Shown: positions 11,594 to 24,577 of the stretch, in pieces
Numbering within the stretch: position 1 is the stretch's first letter
Layout: every line of letters begins with the position of its first letter
Assembly: GCA_946965045.2 (NCBI GenBank)
Contig: OX337236.1
Location: forward strand, 1,302,001 to 1,366,000
Direction of reading: 5' to 3'
DNA from: Epithemia pelagica
Taxonomy: Eukaryota > Protista > Bacillariophyta
Length of the DNA stretch: 64,000 nucleotides
Made by a program: the position numbers and the translations under genes
Notes under the pieces: model-generated
Databases searched by the model: none
Seen by the model: the letters and a program-made list of their open reading frames with translations, nothing else
What the model was told of the DNA's origin: nothing

Positions 11594-11993
11594 CGCCATG
11601 AGAGAGAGTTAATGGTGGTTGACGTGGCAATCATGATAGTTTGACTCCTTTGAGATTTGGGTTCATCACAGCAAATATACCACTTCTGGTATGTTCGCTA
11701 TAACGGATGGAACGATAACGTCTACGTTGGTGGTGCACTGAATCCATCGCGTCGGTATGTTTGTTTGCGAGAGACGTCAAATTGAGTTCATGCCCAGCTT
11801 AATTCCTTGTAGCTCGTGTTGTCGCGGAAACATTCAGACTTGAACAGCTAGCAACATTTTTAATGCTCATTCTAAAAGTGAGATTGTTGTCACAAACGTG
11901 TCATGTTCCTACGCACCCTATGATCACGAGGTTAACTAAATCGATGTTATTTGTCTTACGGTGTAGTCATTAGAGCCAAAACGGTCGCTTTCA

Positions 11994-13745
11994 TCACTTG
12001 AACAGATGAACAAACGTATGTATAAATGTATGTATCGTTCTCCCCAGCCAAGCCAGGACACGCGCCGCAGGTCCACCACAGGACTCCAAGAGTCCCCAGG
12101 AATTTGACAATGCCATACTAAGAGCCGCACGATGCAAGAGGTATCCGTGGGATGGATAACTGTGGATGGAGCGCGCGACATCTCGTACCGTCAAACCGTT
12201 GGTAATGGCCATTCCCATGCTATTGGCCATTTCCGCTGCGGCCGGGCCGCAACAGGTGAGCCCTAGTATTCGTCCACTGATTTTGGCCGCTCTCAGTTCG
12301 AGAAAGGAAAACGAAGTGTTGCGGGCTGTACGGTCCATGTCGGCTCGATCGGATCCATCTTCGCGCACCAAGACTGCATCAAAGCCATCGAGGCCAAACT
12401 TTTCCTCACATTCCCATTCGGTAAGTCCAACACAGGCAAGCTCAGGGTCTGTGTAAATGACTCGAGGGACGCAAGGATGCACCGAAGGATATCGTTTCCC
12501 ACCCACACGAAGAATCCAAGGCACAACTGCATTGCGAATAGCATGGAATCCTGTCCACGCAGCTTGCGATGCTGTGCGTAAGCGAGGAGGAACTGCACTG
12601 GAACAATCTCCCACTGCAAAAATGTGACCTTGTGTTGTAGACTGAAGCGTTCGTGGATGCACTGTGACACCTTGCTCCGGTGTCCATACAACGCCAGCAC
12701 GGTCCAATCGAAGTGATTCCAGAGACTCTCGGGGAGACCTTCCAACACAAATCAAAAGACCATCTACATTGGACAACAACCGAGTTTTCCCGCGTAGACG
12801 CAAGGTCTGGTTCGGAAGAATTTGGACCAGCCGACTTTGTATGCATTCAATGCCGTCAGCCTCCAAAATTCTTCGTGCTGATTCACGAAGTGACTTATCC
12901 TCCAGAGGGAGAACAGCAGGCGCAATCAGCTTCACTTTGAACAATGACTTGCCAAGCCTTGCTAGCGTCTGTCCTAACTCACACGCAGTTGCTCCGGCAC
13001 CAACAATAGCCAGAGTTTTTCGTCTGCGCATGACGCTGCTTGTGGTGGCATTGAAGATGGACCAAAATTCTCGATTCAGCTCGGGTCTCAAAACACTCTG
13101 GTAGGTGAATAAAGGAATACCAGCGACCCTTGCCTGTTCTGTCCATGCAGAAGGTAAAATGGGACCTGCACCAGTGGAAATTAGAAAGGTTTTGCCATGA
13201 ATGGACTCGACAGTGCGATTGGCGTGTACTACTTCGATTTCATGGGGATTCACAAAGCGACAGGACTGGACGTTGTTCCGAACAAGGATTTTCTTGTTCC
13301 GTTCTTCTATGGCTTTTGGATTTTCTCTTTCGCGAACTGCTTGGACCGTATCCACCAGGTAGTTTCGTGATGTTTCATCCCAGCCAAGTTGTTGAATGGC
13401 CGCCGATCGTAAGGCTTTGCTCGGTACACAAGCAGCGTTGGTGCAGTCCCCACCAAGATTCGGTCGGCTATCAATCAAGGCAACACGTTTTCCCAGCAAC
13501 GTAGCGGCTCCACCGGCAAACAAACCTGCGGCTCCTGCTCCGATGATTACAACGTCGGTGTGCAAAGATGGCAAATGAAGTGATGGTGGGAGCTTTCGGT
13601 TCTGGTTGGTCGGAGATGATTGCAGAAAAGTCTCGCCTCCCAAGCTACCACCCCCAGGTATGGCCAGCCCTGACGAATGACTTCTAATAACAGACAGAAA
13701 GAGCACCACACGTATCCATAGCTGCTCTTGGCGGTATCGCACCAT
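11994..13745 (-). CDS. Class I pyridine nucleotide-disulfide oxidoreductase (MerA/LpdA-like) with N-terminal signal peptide
   Basis: DVVIIGAGAAG (FAD), GGDCTNAACVPSKAL (redox CxxxxC), IVGAGATACELG (NAD(P)), AVGDC, PRVIYTDPELACVG, HSYPS. Confidence 0.88.
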   Translation of the reverse strand: MVRYRQEQLWIRVVLFLSVIRSHSSGLAIPGGGSLGGETFLQSSPTNQNRKLPPSLHLPSLHTDVVIIGAGAAGLFAGGAATLLGKRVALIDSRPNLGGDCTNAACVPSKALRSAAIQQLGWDETSRNYLVDTVQAVRERENPKAIEERNKKILVRNNVQSCRFVNPHEIEVVHANRTVESIHGKTFLISTGAGPILPSAWTEQARVAGIPLFTYQSVLRPELNREFWSIFNATTSSVMRRRKTLAIVGAGATACELGQTLARLGKSLFKVKLIAPAVLPLEDKSLRESARRILEADGIECIQSRLVQILPNQTLRLRGKTRLLSNVDGLLICVGRSPRESLESLRLDRAGVVWTPEQGVTVHPRTLQSTTQGHIFAVGDCSSAVPPRLRTASQAAWTGFHAIRNAVVPWILRVGGKRYPSVHPCVPRVIYTDPELACVGLTEWECEEKFGLDGFDAVLVREDGSDRADMDRTARNTSFSFLELRAAKISGRILGLTCCGPAAAEMANSMGMAITNGLTVRDVARSIHSYPSHGYLLHRAALSMALSNSWGLLESCGGPAARVLAWLGRTIHTFIHTFVHLFK

Positions 13746-14021
13746 CGTGACATGGGAACAGCGATGTTGCGATCATACATTGTGGAAGATACTGTCATTC
13801 AATATATGAGCGACTGACTGTGAATAAATACCGCTAGTGTACCGCCTCCAGTACTCAAGTAGGTAGTCTTGTTCACTCACCTTTTAGTTGTACTAGCACA
13901 GTTGGTATCCTCATCAAGGATTACAGATCATCCCATTTGGGTCTTTCAACACACACGTTGAAAGAAGGAACTACGCCTAAAATGCATTTATCTAGAAGTG
14001 GCATTCTAAGAGTCGGTCATG

Positions 14022-17000
14022 TCATGGATTCGTGTTGCCCACCAAGTCATTCACACACTTGCTGAGTTCTCCAAACACAGACTTGTAGTTCTGCTCCGCG
14101 CTCTCATCTTTCAGAAGAAACATATTATTGGCAATTGCAACGAGTGCAGCCTTTCTATTTCGATCTTGCAAAATACGGACGTAGAGAACACCAGTGCGGT
14201 GGACATATTGTCTCCCGACCGGAAGCTTGCTCCACTTGGAACCAAAGTCGAGCTCTTCTCCTCGGTCAATGCAATCCAAGAAATGTCTATTGGTGGGGAA
14301 GACCCCGTCGTGGATGAAATCAATCTCCGCCAGTTTATGGTCAAGCGATTCGACACACTTAGGGTCCATGATGGTGAATATCACAGGAGATCGGAAAGGA
14401 TTAAGGAAAAGCATTTTGGACACGGAACCCTCTGAAGATGTGATTAGGTTCAGACGGAACTGGATGCATCTTCTTTGAAGCAGCTGGACTTGAGTATCAA
14501 CTTTGCCAGAGCTCGCCACCAACTGTAAGAAGGACATGAAATGTGAGGCGAAAGCAAATCAACCACTGAATCTTCGCATAATAGTTCTTACCCAATTAAA
14601 AATGATTCGATAAGACCACGCCGTGTTGAATGTGCTATCGATGGACACTTCCAAGTATTCGAACAGTTCTCTGCCACCCTTTCGGAAAGGAACGTAGAAA
14701 CGAACCATGGAATTTCCAGCAATCCCAGGGGTGGAGAGCACAGATGGCCGTCCTTGCCCTTGTTCTTTCTTGTCTTGAGATGTCGTAATCTTGACCTTCA
14801 ATGGAGTTTTGGTTTCCTCTTTTGCCCGAAGCTTTTCGAAATAGGCCAATAGTTTTTTGAACTTGTCTACGTATGCATTTTCCGACTCGACGTCGTTGAA
14901 TCGGTCAGGCAAAATAGCAAACATGAGTCGCTTAAATCGCATTCCCTCTCGCATTTCTCTGTCTTCGTCGCCACAAATGATTCGATCAACCTTGTTCCAA
15001 TTGTAAGGCGAGGTAAACTGCTTAAACTCCTGCACCATTCTGACATAAGAGTTAGTTTCTCTGCAGTAACTCTTGTAATAGTATTTGAATGTCTCAACGT
15101 TGGTGCCCTGCGAGTTCTTCGCCATGTATGTCTTGACTTCCACTGTGTCAGACGCGGGATCGTAATGGAGGACCTGCAATCTATGACCAAGTGAGAGGTA
15201 CATACGAACGCTGTCATCCGCGGATACCCCTCTATCATTTCGAACCAGACTCCTCTGTTCCTCGTTGCTATCGTCAACTAGATAGCTGGGAACAAGCTGG
15301 TAGTCTTGAGTAATCCGCTGCCTCACCATTTCGAGTAACAGTTCTTTGTTTGACGAGAAATTATTCCTTTCGAATTCACTTAGGGTCACATTGTAAATGG
15401 AGAAAGTGTAATTGTGTTCGCGTTCTCTTTGAGGAGGGAAATAGTCAATAGAGAGAGGCAAAGTAGCTGGAGCAGCGAGACTCTTCCAATTTGGTCCGGA
15501 CATTCTTTTGAACTCAATCTCTCCCTGCGGAAACACGTGACTCCATCTACGACTGTTATGGGATTTGCGTGCGAGCACTTCCACTTCATCCTGTTGACGA
15601 AATGGATTAATCGCCTTTCGTCTCCTTGTTGTTCCACTGTTCTTGGTTCCACCGGAGGAATCTCTGTGCGCTGCAGTATGATGAGAAGATGACCTTGGTC
15701 CAATTTGCTGACCTGTAGATGAGATCCGAGGGCGGTTTCTAGATACAGGGTTCGGGCTTGGTTGTCTGCGAGGGCCGTCTGTTGTGAGCCGCGCTCCTTC
15801 ATTCTGACGTCTGTTCCTTGTCATCCTTGTCTCAGAGCTCGGGCTTCCATACCGTCGTCTAGGAACTGGGCTCGGGCTTGCTCTCCTTCGCATGTTTTCA
15901 GCCGACAAATTCTTGGCAAGAGATCCGCTCTGTTGCCTAGACGTTGTTAGCATCAAATCCGAATTCGGGCTAGCCGTTCTCCTTAGAATAGGGCTTTTAC
16001 TGGTTCTTCTCCGGGAAGCACTGGATGCCGATTGACACACGGCGACGCTTGTTCTCAATATACTCCTTGATTCAGTATTAGGACTTACAGCTTTGCGAAC
16101 ATTCTTTTCATGCGCAAGTCTCTGCCCAGTTGACGCAATGTATGAAGGGACCGATGTCACTGGTGTCGCCGAGAGGCCTCCTCCGTCAATCACAGCTCCT
16201 GGTATATCCTGTGCCCGCAAGAAGATTCGCTCAGTAGAAGAAAATGGACCTAAGCTGGGAACAAACGGTGCTTCTCCATGAAAGGGTGGAATTGGAGGCG
16301 GGAGGACCAAAGGAGATAGAGCACGAGGTGCCGTGTCAGAAATCTCTATGTGAGGGGAAACCACCCGCCCGACACTTGATGTCCGTGGAATAGTTCGTGT
16401 CCGTTCGAACGATCGTGAGAGGCCTCCAGACATCTCGTTTTCTGAACCTTCTCGTGAAAGGTTGCTAGAATACTGAGAAAGAGCTGCTCCAATTCCACTC
16501 AACGCAACCTGTGATCCGCCTGACGGAGCCGCGTGATGAACTGTTACAGGTCCAAGAACTGACGTCCCAAGCGTTGATGGGTCAGCGCTCACGGTCATAG
16601 TCGGCACGTGGGTCGAATGATGTTGATGTGAATCGTGAGTCCCAAGATCGAACTCATGCTGTTTCGAATTCAATTTCGGAGACTTGCCAGATGCATTCAT
16701 TTTGTCTTGATCATGCGCGTACATGCTTTGACTCATTAACCGTAGAAACTCGTCTTCATCGTTGTCGTGCGATCGATCTGAAGTTGATCCACATGCCGAG
16801 GCAATCGAGTTTGCTCGTTGCATTCTCGTTCTCCCAACAAATGAAGACGCATCGTGGACGAGGGGGTGTCGTTGTTCATAAGATGTTCCGAGCATTAAGT
16901 GGGGAATTTGGCTTGTAAAGCTTGACGCCTGGGTTGAAGAAGATTCTAAGCGATCCACCTCGACCATTGGTGGTGGACTGGAGGGTGCCTGGAGCTTTGA

Positions 17001-19969
17001 TTGGTCTCTTTCCAGAGCAAAGAGTAGCGTTTTTCTGTTCTTTACTTCATCGAGATCAATACCGTCCCATTCTCTTATACTAAGATCACCACTCTCTTGT
17101 CCCGCCATGGTCGCTGCCGTTTGTTCACGAGTTTCCCCTGCTTCGTACATTTCCATCAACGACTTTAACGGGGGTGGCAACAGACCCGTCCCTCGAGGCC
17201 GACATGCTTCCAAAATGTCTCGAATGTCACGGTCTTCCAAATGACGCTCCTTGTGATCCTTATCCCCAGACCGCGTCGAATGCGCCTTTCTCTGCGGAGT
17301 AAACGTTTGACTGTTGCCCCCTTCTGATTCCACTTCGACAACCTCCGGAGTGTCGTCATTGGTGACAGATCTCCCCGGTGACTGTTTTGTTGGACCCGAC
17401 TCATCCACGTTCTCCTGGGCTGTGCCCGCAGAGTCCTCGTTTTCGGCATCGTTCAATGCCAAAAGACTTTCGTCGCTTTGATAGCTAATGAAGGAAAGAT
17501 GAATCCAGTGAGGAATTTCAGATTCGACTTCATGGAACTCATTGAAATAGAGAAAGAAAGGAGCGACATGCAAGGGAGGGAGTCCCAGGCTAAGCATATC
17601 ACTACCAATACCATTGTCCATCATTCGCTGTTGTGTTATAAAGGCCAACTTTTTGTCCACTTCAAACACACCATTTCCAGCAGACACAACCACAATGCTG
17701 TTGCCGGTTCGGTGCAAATCGCGGTCTAGAAAATGATACTGCAAAAGGTTCAGAGTTACATTGACCGTTTCCAACAGATTTCCCTGACCCGCTGTTGACG
17801 GTCGTCGAGCTCCCACACCCGAGGACAAGTTCCATCCCACTTCATGAGGATAACTCAAAAAGGCTTCCTTTAAGCGCACTACAATCGTGTCCCAATCGGT
17901 CCGGGTTTCATTTTCAATAACCACTCGACAGTGATCCTCGTATTTGCGTCCATACAAATCTCTCTGAACATTGGAGTCATGGTTCCTCCCATGGGCACTA
18001 CTAGGGGCCGCCGTCAGAAAAGTTCGGCTGAAAAAGACAACGGTAAGAGAATGGGTCACTTCTGCCTGTACGTATGTGTTTCCACCCAAAATCGACACAC
18101 AAACAAATGTGAGCTCTGCTCTCTGCTGTCGAAAAGGGGTGATTCCTCTTGATGTTGTTTCGGAGTGTTGCTTACCTGTTTCCATTTCTCAAACAAGTCA
18201 TAGGCAAAGGAAATGAATCGATCAAAGTAGACTTCACAGTAACTTTCCTTTTGACCGGCCTGAAAGGGTGATGCGTAATCCCACATTTCGGCCGACAGTT
18301 GCACCAACCAAAAGATTCGAGACGACCGACTTCGATAAACGAATTTGGTGGATTCGGTCACAATGCCACTATTTGTATTGATCCCTCCATGTCGAATTTC
18401 TCGAGCATTGGCATGAATCCCTCTACTGGGTTCGTACAGCCGCTGACCTTCGTAAATCCAACTTCCTACCAAGGAATTTTGAAAAAAGTGCAGTTCTCCA
18501 CGTGATAAGAACTGATCCTTGATGGTCAAGAGAAGAAAATCAGCCGATACGGCTTGGAGGGCTTTCTCAGCCTCCATGCCGGTAAGTTTATGCACAGTGA
18601 CCATATCGTAGGTTGAGAGTTCATACAAGTCAGCAATCTGTCGGAGAATGGAAATGTGATTGCGCGACGATACCTTGAGGCCTTTGAGAGACTTTTCAGT
18701 GACCAACATGACAAAGCTTAAGCGAAGATTGTGAGAACATGCAATCTCACTGAGCGTGTCATCCACCTCACCGGCCAGGCTTCCCAGCAATGCCGTTTTG
18801 GTGGTATCCATGGAAGGTCTTCTCGACCCTACAGGAGGACCTGGGAAAAAGGTGGTATCGACGGAGATATCGGACAAATCTCGACTATGTCTCGGTTTGG
18901 GTTGCACCGAGGAGGATATTGGAGGAGATGTTCGCAGTCGAGACAAGGCTTCTGTGTTGGTCACAACTCGATTGGTGTTATTGTTGGATGATGGGTGAGA
19001 GGATCCTGGTGGTGCTGGTGAAATGACGGACTTGCTACCAATGGATCCCAAGGCAACACTATTGTTGGTAGCGGGACCAGCCGAGGATCGTACCCTTGGT
19101 ACTACAGGTGGGCGAAAACTGGAAGCCATGCTTTTTTCGACCGCAATCGAGGCAGCTGTTGAAGCTTCTGTATCACAGGTAGAAGCGGGAGGAGATGCTT
19201 GTGGTGACACGTTGTCAGGGGTTTGTAAACCACTGTCGGCAGTGGAAGAAGACTGTACCGCTGTTTCGGATCCTCCAGCACCAGTGGTGCTTGTTGTTGT
19301 CGCCACCACCAAGGGACTTTTTCTTCCAGTACCATCTCGTTGTGAATCTTTCATACTCTGCGGGAGTCTCCGTTTTCCAACGGCAGGAGGGACCAATTCT
19401 TTGTTGCTGCTTTCGGTAGTGTGTAAGGAAATGGCACCACCCAAGGGAGACGATGTACTAGTGTTGCTGCAAGTGTTGACACTTTGTGCTCGCAAAAGAT
19501 CGACGGATGGAAGTTTTCGACTCGACGACGCTGGAGTGCCCTTGATGATTCGTTCTTCGGCTGGTAAGGGATCCCAAACCCGAATCATGATCATATCACC
19601 TGCTTGCAAGAGCAAATTGTTGTTATTCGTGTTGTTGTTGTTGTTGTAAGAAGGAGCTGTCGTTGTCGTCGTTGACGGGTGTGACAACAACGACGCCTTG
19701 TTGTGGTGGTCATGACCAGCACCACCCAGTAACCGACCACTCGAAACACTGAGAGCACCTCCTGCTGCAACATAATGTGGATGATGAAGTAGATTGTTGG
19801 AAGTATTGGACGTCGAGGAAAGAGACTGACGTGTTCCACCCCCAAGTCTTCCATCGGCAATTGAGGAGGGTCCTTGACCATGAAGAAAAATGTCTGGATG
19901 AATGCAAATCTCCGTCCCTTCAAACGCCAACGGCTCATGAACATTCAAGGACAAGAGGCCGGATGACAT
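14022..19969 (-). CDS. DEPDC5: GATOR1 complex subunit DEPDC5/IML1
   Basis: Exons 19969-18176, 18065-14592 and 14522-14022, with phase-0 GT-AG introns 18175-18066 and 14591-14523. Joins read WKQ|AEVTHSLTVVFFSRTF and FNW|LVASSGKVD. Motifs GNLLETVNVTLN, IVVVSAGNGVFEVD, GIGSDMLSLGLPPLHVAPFF, WKSLAAPATLPLSIDYFP. Start codon uncertain. Confidence 0.88.
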
Positions 19970-20430
19970 TGCGACCTCTGCCTGCTGGGGGCTCTTCACG
20001 ATTGTGTCGCTATTACTATTGTGGAACAACTCTTCTCATGTTGTGGTTTTGCGCGATGTATTTTTTGTGTGGTGATGGCGGCGTGCGGGGGAAGGGGCAA
20101 GGGGCGGCGGAGAAAAATTTCAGTGCCAAAAATTGATGGCGAAAGATTCGAATTTCAAACTTGTGTCATTGCTCCCATGATGGACCGTGTCTGGACAACA
20201 CGTGCTGGTTGAAGAAGAGAATCAACTCGTGGGCAACGACTGAATCCTGATACACGCGATTCTACCGCGACGAAAAATGAGATTTCCAATGACCACCACG
20301 TACGTACTTTTGCTACCAGCTTGTAGCCACCATACTTCTCCTCTAGCCATAGAAGTCGTCCACATGCTGAATCTACTCTAGAGGAGAAACGCAGAATACG
20401 GCAAAGGGTTCTATTATTTATTGCTATGAA

Positions 20431-22029
20431 TCATATAGGAGTATACATTAGGCTGTCCGCCGTTGGCTTTTCATGTCTTTGTCGATAGTATGCGAGACAG
20501 GCCAACAAAAAGGCACACATCAAGGCGGAACAACCGGTTAACAAAAAGGCATCCCGATAACATGCCGTCCCCCAACAAATGGCTTCGCCATGATGATGAT
20601 GGGGAGAAGAAGAATCCACGACAATGGCTCGTTGTTCGTACATCCAAGCACTGGCCGAATTGAACATCATACCGGAAAAGGCAGGTCCCATGATCATCAC
20701 ACCCAGATTCTTGCCAAAGTTCTCCAAGCCAAACCAATCCGACACGAGACCGACCAGCAACACCCACGTTCCTCCGTAACAAGCAGCTACGAGACAGACG
20801 GTAAGGATCAGCGAGACATGGGCATAGTCGAGTGTGGTGCCGGCACTGAGAAACAGGGCCACTGCCATTCCAGTCAATGCCATGCGAAACAAAAACAGTT
20901 TGTCGAGGTTCGGTCGATCGGCCAAACAACCCATGAGAATGCGGCCGCCACAATTGGATATGGACAGTACCATGACCAATTGTCCCGAAAAGGCGTTACT
21001 ACCACCAATGCTTTGGACCATGGTGGAAATGTTGTTAAAGACAAATAGACCACATCCAGTACGACAGGCAAAGGCGACAAAGAGGATCCAGAATTCTGGC
21101 GTGAGCAAGGCGGCCCATTGGCTGTACAAGTCCAAGGGAGTGGATTCGGTACCCTCGTCGTCGTCGTCGTCGTCGTCATCGTCCTGATCTACCGCGTCCG
21201 ACATGCTGCTGTAGGAATCAACCGAGCTACCCGTATCCGTGACATAATCTTCAATCGCACCACCAAGCGATTTGGGTGGACCATGGACCAACAACAACAG
21301 TGTCTCGTTCTCTCCTCGACCTTCTTCTATTCGTTCCACAGTATCTGATGGCGCATCCGCCTCATTCTCGTCGTCCGTGTCTTGGTCTGTGGAGAGAAAC
21401 AGGACACCGAGAAGATTGACCAAAACCACCAGAGCCGCCCACATGACAAAGAAACGATCCAGACCAAAGGCGTCGTAACAGACGCCAATCAAGGTGGAAC
21501 AAAGAGCAAAGGTGGCAGCTACGAGACCCACGGCAAGACTTTTGTACGGTGTCGATTGAAAGCTTTTGAGTGTCGATCCCACGGCTGCCGAATAGCCCAA
21601 ACCACTTCCGAATCCCGCCAGGAAAAAGCTGCTACGCAAACACAGTAGCGAAGGAGGCACCATGCCCAACACAGAAAGCTGAATGGTTCCATAGGAGAGG
21701 GCAACAACCACGGCGCCGCTCACACACGAGACACTCGGCCCATAATGGTCGTAAATGTGCCCAATAATTGGTTGTGAAATATAGTTTCCCGTATCGAGGA
21801 GAATGCCCAAGAGCTCCAATTCAAAATGAGAGAGACCCAAGGCATCCTTCAAATCCTTGGCATATCGGCCGTAGCCATACAGGGTTCCCGAAACGAGGCC
21901 CAACAACAAGGATACGGCCAAGGTGCAATATTTCTCACGCCGTCGTTTGGCGGCTTTTCGATGTGGGTGCAACAGACATGCCGACCGTAATGAATCGGGC
22001 AAATCAGTCAGCTCCAAGTTCTCCATCAT
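20431..22029 (-). CDS. Nodulin-like MFS transporter (paralog 1)
   Basis: VSGTLYGYGRY, LLDTGNYI, GSGLGYSAA, FWILF..CRTGCGLFVFNNISTMVQSIG, DWFGLENFGKNLG. Confidence 0.88.
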   Translation of the reverse strand: MMENLELTDLPDSLRSACLLHPHRKAAKRRREKYCTLAVSLLLGLVSGTLYGYGRYAKDLKDALGLSHFELELLGILLDTGNYISQPIIGHIYDHYGPSVSCVSGAVVVALSYGTIQLSVLGMVPPSLLCLRSSFFLAGFGSGLGYSAAVGSTLKSFQSTPYKSLAVGLVAATFALCSTLIGVCYDAFGLDRFFVMWAALVVLVNLLGVLFLSTDQDTDDENEADAPSDTVERIEEGRGENETLLLLVHGPPKSLGGAIEDYVTDTGSSVDSYSSMSDAVDQDDDDDDDDDEGTESTPLDLYSQWAALLTPEFWILFVAFACRTGCGLFVFNNISTMVQSIGGSNAFSGQLVMVLSISNCGGRILMGCLADRPNLDKLFLFRMALTGMAVALFLSAGTTLDYAHVSLILTVCLVAACYGGTWVLLVGLVSDWFGLENFGKNLGVMIMGPAFSGMMFNSASAWMYEQRAIVVDSSSPHHHHGEAICWGTACYRDAFLLTGCSALMCAFLLACLAYYRQRHEKPTADSLMYTPI

Positions 22030-22427
22030 CTGTCTTGTCTCTCAGCAAACTGTGATGACATTCGAAGCAACGTTTTTCTTTGATGAGAACGATGGAGGGC
22101 GAATAATACACAAGGGTCTTTCTTTGGAAAGGACGCTTGCGTCACAGAGGCTCGAGTTGATCTTGATGGCTGCAGTTGTTGCACCAGTCGGAAGCAATAT
22201 ATTATTTGTGGTGCACCGACCAAAGCAAGGCGAAAAAGCGAAAACCGAAAAGAAGCCACGTTGTGGACCGTTGACGGTACGAGAATTTCGCGTGTGGACA
22301 CACGCCACTTGCGCGACCAAACAGCACAGCCCACGTTGGCCCTACCAGGTTCACGACTGAAACGGAGATTTGGTTGGGAGCGACTACCCTCTTTGCTACC
22401 CCTTGTGGATAGCTTGTGGCTCTCTCG

Positions 22428-24419
22428 CTAGGGGTGAGGAGATGTTGTCGCTATGGAGCATTTCCTTCGCGAGGCCAAGAATCCGAGAAGGATGAGACTG
22501 AGAAGTGACGCAAGGCCGGTAAGGAAAAAGGATCCACGATAACAAGCGGTTCCCAGACATACAGTGGCATCTTCATCCTCACTAGTTCCTGACGACGACG
22601 ACGACGATGCCTGTCGTTCGTACATCCACGCACTGGCCGAGTTGAAGAGCATGCCGGACAGAGCGGGACCCATGGCCATGATTCCATAATTCTTGCCAAA
22701 GTTGGGTGTTCCAAACCAATCGGATAAAATTCCAATCACCAACACCCAACTTCCTCCATAGGCGATTGCCACCAAAAAGACAGTCACGTCCAGACAGGAT
22801 GTTTCCCAGAGAAACCTGTCACTCGTGTCCTTGTTGTTGTTGTTGTCGTTGTTGTTGTGAAAGGAGGACCCCACAGTGGCATTCAGGAGCAAGGACCCCG
22901 CCATGGCTGCACCGGCTACGCCAAAGAGCACTAGTTTGTTCACGTTGGGTCGATCGGCCAAGGAGCCAACCAGAATGCGTCCCACACAATTGGAAATCGA
23001 AAACAAAATCACCAATCGACCCGTCATTGTATCGTTTCCTCCCAAACTTTGTACCATGGTGGAGATGTTGTTAATGACAAAGAGACCACAACCGGTGCAA
23101 CAAGCAAAAATGGCAAAGAGGATCCAGAAATCCAATAGTCGGACGGCAGCCCATCGTGGCTGGCGCAAATCCAAAGGCATTGCCATTTCGGACGCTCCTC
23201 GATCCAGGCGGTCGCCTTGTTGCTCCAACGGATCATTCTCATTTGGTCTGGAGAACAAAAGTTCTTCATTTTCTCCTTCTTGCAGAGTATCTGACCCTCC
23301 TTCCTCCGGTTCGACAGTGTCTACTAGTAGCGTGTCGCCGGAGTCGACCGTGTCCGTGACAGTGTTCTGTTGCGCCGGAAAGACCATGGCCCCCAACAGG
23401 TTGACGGAGGCGACCAAGAGGGCCCAAAACAAGAAAAAGTGGCTCAAATTGCGTCCAAGAGCTTGGTAACTCACACCGACCAAGGTGGAACAAAAGCCAT
23501 ACCCCGAAGCGACAATGCCCACACCCAAATTACGGTATTGCGGAATGGCTTGAAACTTTTTGGTGGTGGATCCCAAGGCGGCGGTATATCCCAATCCACT
23601 CCCCAAACCAACACCAAAGAAACTGGCACACAAGACGTACCACCAAATCCACCATTGCTGGTCCGAGCTCGTGTTGCTTGTGTTGGGGACGACAGTACTA
23701 CTTGGAGGCATGAACCCACCGGAAATGATCCAATGAATGGTTCCAAACGCACCAAAGACCACCACGGCACCCGTCAAGCACGAGACTCGGGGTCCATAAT
23801 GGTCGTAGATATAGCCCACCACCGGATGTCCAATGTAGTTTCCCGTATCGAGTAGAATTCCCAAAAGCTGGAGTTCAAAATGGGACAAATCCAGTGTTCG
23901 TTTCAAATCCATTGAGTATCGACCGTACCCATACAAGGTTCCCGAAACCAAGCCCAAGAGCAACGAGACTGCCAAGGTCACATAAATAGTGCGCCATTCT
24001 CGTCGTCGTGGTGCTGCCCTTGGAGATTCCAATTCAGGGCCTTCTTCCAGCAGTCTCGTCGTCGTTGTTCCGGATGTGGTATTGCTCATGCCCTGGCTGC
24101 CATTGGAGACCATAGTTGTGGTGGCGGCAATGGCACTTGATGACGACAAAAGCAAAGGAACCGATTCGCTACTGCTTCGACGAGACGAGTGGCGGTGGTT
24201 CTTGTGGTTGTGATGAGTGGTGGTAGGATCCTGCGTGCCCAACACGGGCGATGGTTGTCTCCGAAGCAAAAGGCCGTTGCTGTTATTGCTGCCGCCGCTG
24301 GTGGACATTGTATGGATGGCTATACAGAGGGATGTGGGTGCCTCTGTTGCAGCCTCTTCTTCTTGCCTCGAGATTGGGGGCCTCCTTCCCGCCATTTCCG
24401 TCGCTTTTATCAGTCGCAT
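22428..24419 (-). CDS. Nodulin-like MFS transporter (paralog 2)
   Basis: Same motifs as the neighbour (VSGTLYGYGRY, LLDTGNYI, GSGLGYTAA, NNISTMVQSLG, DWFGTPNFGKNYG). The true start could be any of several ATGs from 24419 inward. Confidence 0.88.
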   Translation of the reverse strand: MRLIKATEMAGRRPPISRQEEEAATEAPTSLCIAIHTMSTSGGSNNSNGLLLRRQPSPVLGTQDPTTTHHNHKNHRHSSRRSSSESVPLLLSSSSAIAATTTMVSNGSQGMSNTTSGTTTTRLLEEGPELESPRAAPRRREWRTIYVTLAVSLLLGLVSGTLYGYGRYSMDLKRTLDLSHFELQLLGILLDTGNYIGHPVVGYIYDHYGPRVSCLTGAVVVFGAFGTIHWIISGGFMPPSSTVVPNTSNTSSDQQWWIWWYVLCASFFGVGLGSGLGYTAALGSTTKKFQAIPQYRNLGVGIVASGYGFCSTLVGVSYQALGRNLSHFFLFWALLVASVNLLGAMVFPAQQNTVTDTVDSGDTLLVDTVEPEEGGSDTLQEGENEELLFSRPNENDPLEQQGDRLDRGASEMAMPLDLRQPRWAAVRLLDFWILFAIFACCTGCGLFVINNISTMVQSLGGNDTMTGRLVILFSISNCVGRILVGSLADRPNVNKLVLFGVAGAAMAGSLLLNATVGSSFHNNNDNNNNKDTSDRFLWETSCLDVTVFLVAIAYGGSWVLVIGILSDWFGTPNFGKNYGIMAMGPALSGMLFNSASAWMYERQASSSSSSGTSEDEDATVCLGTACYRGSFFLTGLASLLSLILLGFLASRRKCSIATTSPHP

Positions 24420-24577
24420 ATCTATCCATCCCCCCGCCGTAAAAGCTCGTGACGTTCCGCGACCACATCGTCTCTTTTATGCGACCCCCAAACTTTCTTT
24501 TTCGTCGGGTGCCACTTTCTTTTGTTGGTCTCCATGTAATCACCGGATGGTTGCTGTCTCCTTGTTCTCCATCCAGC

